This document shows, one piece after another, positions 32,634 through 34,925 of a stretch of DNA of 34,925 nucleotides; the stretch's first letter is position 1; every line of letters begins with the position of its first letter. A program made the position numbers and the translations under genes. The notes under the pieces were generated by a model. The model did no database searches. It worked only from the letters and a program-made list of their open reading frames with translations, and was not told the DNA's origin. This DNA comes from a virus. Lineage: Duplodnaviria; Caudoviricetes. The stretch covers positions 1 to 34,925 of IMG/VR virus record IMGVR_UViG_3300033489_000035, one strand, 5' to 3'.

Positions 32634-34402
32634 GCAGAACCTCCCAGCACAATCGCGCCTCTTTCTTCATAGACGCTCTTCCCGTTTCCATGCCGCTGTG
32701 CCCGGTCCATTGCCATGATAGCGGCCACCGCTCCGTCGATGCGCTTCCCTGTTTTATTCCGTTCCGGTTTCATCGGCATGACATTCGCCTGCCGGTCACT
32801 CTTCAGCTCGAGGCAGGAGATCATCCAGTCCATGACAGGATTCCCGCCATGCGCAATCTTTCCGGAGAAAACAGCCTTGAGAAATTCATCTGTCGGCGCC
32901 GCCATTCCTGAATATCGCTGCTGAATCGGAATCATCGTGAAACCAGCATCGGTTAGATGCGTGAATATTTCGTGCGCTTTGAACGGGTCATAGCCCACCT
33001 CGGCGATCTTGTATTTCATCGCATCCTTGAGGAACTCCTGCTCGATCAGGTCATAATCGATTGTGTTCCCTGGAGTCGCGATGACGAGGCCCTGTTCAAT
33101 CCAAATATCGAATGGAACCTTGTCGCGCCGTACACGCTCGGCGATATCATCCCCGGGGATGAAGAAGCGCCAGAGCATTGGATACTTTCCTTTTTTATCC
33201 GGCTCGAAGCATAGACAATATGTGGAGATGTCGAGGATAGTCGAAAGATCAAGGCCCGCATAGCAGACTGCCCCGGCCAGAGCTTCAGCGTCGACCTTAT
33301 GATCCCCGAGATTCCAGACTTCGGGAGGGATCGCCCTGGAGACTGCATGCGTCCATACGTTGAAATTCTTGGTCAGAATGTCATTGCGCTTGCTTGGAAT
33401 CTGGAGCGCCAGGTTTACACGCTCCTCGAGATATTCCCAATTCAGTGAAACGCCAAGATTAGGGTTTGACTTGATCCAAACCTTTCGATTTGTCCAATCG
33501 TCTTTTTCATCGAGCGTATAAATGATTGCGAAGAAATTCTCCGGAGCTGGCTTAACTGTCCCCTCAAGCATCTGAACGGCGAGTGTCCGCTCCTCCTGAT
33601 AGCAGGATGAATTGATATCGAATCCCGCGGTCGTAATTATGTCGACGAGTGGCTGCTGACGCGCACCCATCCCGGATTCAATCACCTCGAGGAGTGAATG
33701 ATCCGGCCATGCATGCATTTCGTCCGCGATAGCCACATGCGGGTTGAATCCATCGCGTGTCTTTGCATCCTTTCCCCAGACCGTGCAGAGTGCCGCGGAA
33801 TCATCAGTACGTGTGATGACGTGATTCTGCTTGTATATTCTTGACCTTTTGGCAAGGATGGGATGCTTTTCAATCTGCCCGCGCATTGTTTTCCATGCGA
33901 GCATTGCCTGTTCTTTCATCGTGGCGACACAGTATATCTGTGCCCCGATCTCAAGCGGACGATCGGCAAAGAAGCAATAATTCGCATCGGCCGAGACGTC
34001 AAACGTCTTCCCGTTCTTTCGTCCTATCTCCGTATATGATTTCGTGAATCTTCGGAGCCCACCTTTTTTCTGCCAGCCGAAAAGAACCCACGTTCTGAAC
34101 TGCTGCCAGGGTTCCATGTGAAATTTCGTGTCATGGAGCCGCGGGTTTGCCCATTCGCCTTCTATGTGCCTGAGCTGCTGTTTGAAATCAATTGCGCGCT
34201 TTGCCTTCGCCTCATCGAAGTAATAAGGGAAATCAGGCTGGCCGACGCGCTTGAGATCCCGGAGATGACGCTCGACCGCGAGCTTCACGTACTTGCATGC
34301 CACCTGCCGCCCGGAGATCACGTCGTCCATGTACTGCTGTGCAGTGTAGATGTTAGTCATGAGCAGCCCGATGAAGATCGCTATCCATATCCGCCTATTC
34401 AC
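32630..34402 (-). CDS. terL: terminase large subunit
   Basis: IGRKNGKT (Walker A), IADEMH (Walker B), ITTAG, GLDLS and RIDGAVA. Confidence 0.97.
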   Translation of the reverse strand: MNRRIWIAIFIGLLMTNIYTAQQYMDDVISGRQVACKYVKLAVERHLRDLKRVGQPDFPYYFDEAKAKRAIDFKQQLRHIEGEWANPRLHDTKFHMEPWQQFRTWVLFGWQKKGGLRRFTKSYTEIGRKNGKTFDVSADANYCFFADRPLEIGAQIYCVATMKEQAMLAWKTMRGQIEKHPILAKRSRIYKQNHVITRTDDSAALCTVWGKDAKTRDGFNPHVAIADEMHAWPDHSLLEVIESGMGARQQPLVDIITTAGFDINSSCYQEERTLAVQMLEGTVKPAPENFFAIIYTLDEKDDWTNRKVWIKSNPNLGVSLNWEYLEERVNLALQIPSKRNDILTKNFNVWTHAVSRAIPPEVWNLGDHKVDAEALAGAVCYAGLDLSTILDISTYCLCFEPDKKGKYPMLWRFFIPGDDIAERVRRDKVPFDIWIEQGLVIATPGNTIDYDLIEQEFLKDAMKYKIAEVGYDPFKAHEIFTHLTDAGFTMIPIQQRYSGMAAPTDEFLKAVFSGKIAHGGNPVMDWMISCLELKSDRQANVMPMKPERNKTGKRIDGAVAAIMAMDRAQRHGNGKSVYEERGAIVLGGSA

Positions 34403-34889
34403 CTAGAAGCCCCTCCATCGGATCCTCGTCCGGTTTCTTTAGGGGCTCCAGCTCTATGCGATTTCGTGATGCCGGCGTCAGACCGAATTCTACGGCGAGC
34501 GCCTTGTAGGTTGCGTATGAGGATTTCAGCGCGTTGTATTCTGGCATGGTTTGGGAATTGCGCCCTGCGAGATACTGCCCGAGTCCCTTCATGCACTTTC
34601 CTCTTCCATGAATCGCTGAATATGCTTCCCGAAAATCCTGATATGCGGAGCAGAGGAGCTCGAGAGACGCAATATCGATAATGGACAGCATCCCACAGCG
34701 CACAGTCTCCTCAGCGAGTCGCTTCCAGAGTTCTCTTCCATACTTCCCGAGATATTTCGGAGCTGTGGGGGCTATCTGTATTTTCTCAGGCTCGGGCTCA
34801 CGCTGCGGATTGCGATCTTTTCGGAATGTCCCGCGGATGATCTTCGCCTGACGCGGTGTTCGACGACCACCGCCCTTATTTCCGATCAT
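34395..34889 (-). CDS. terS: terminase small subunit, P27 family
   Basis: IIRGTFRKDR, APKYLGKYGRELW and EFGLTPASR; immediately upstream of terL. Confidence 0.92.
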   Translation of the reverse strand: MIGNKGGGRRTPRQAKIIRGTFRKDRNPQREPEPEKIQIAPTAPKYLGKYGRELWKRLAEETVRCGMLSIIDIASLELLCSAYQDFREAYSAIHGRGKCMKGLGQYLAGRNSQTMPEYNALKSSYATYKALAVEFGLTPASRNRIELEPLKKPDEDPMEGLLGE

Positions 34890-34925
34890 CCCTTTTCTCC
34901 AGTCCTGACAATGCGCGAAGAAATA

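Noticed and set aside
16599-34681. Numerous plus-strand ORFs across the structural module
   Set aside because: Antisense shadows of well-supported minus-strand genes in GC-rich DNA, with no recognisable motifs.

Overview
About 35 kb of a temperate HK97-like tailed phage genome, almost entirely on the minus strand. Reading from the right end, the order is terS, terL, portal, ClpP-type protease, major capsid, capsid accessory genes (including a tandem paralogue pair), head-tail joining, tail tube, a frameshifted tail chaperone, a short tape measure and a 1312-aa tail tip/adhesin. A lysis cassette, a lipoprotein moron and an attP follow; the attP contains the 3' half of a tRNA-Gly(CCC) and arm-type repeats. 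Next come a tyrosine integrase, a divergent pair of ribbon-helix-helix regulators, and an early arm (HD phosphohydrolase, 8-aa repeat protein, two ParB-domain proteins, Myb/HTH protein, minimal PolX, ART-like protein, truncated C5-methyltransferase-like gene). Phage genes flank the att core on both sides, so this is the excised or virion form, not an integrated prophage. The integrase N-terminus and lipobox style suggest a spirochaete host (inference). The most unusual observations are: (1) two fully overlapping membrane-anchored coiled-coil genes at the spanin position that may share one RBS via a GTGTG double start; (2) a lysis/lysogeny switch apparently built from two paralogous RHH proteins; (3) a domain shared between head-tail connector and tail tube, with nested insertions; (4) several structured, RBS-sequestering intergenic RNAs. 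All family calls are by motif recognition only; no searches were run.
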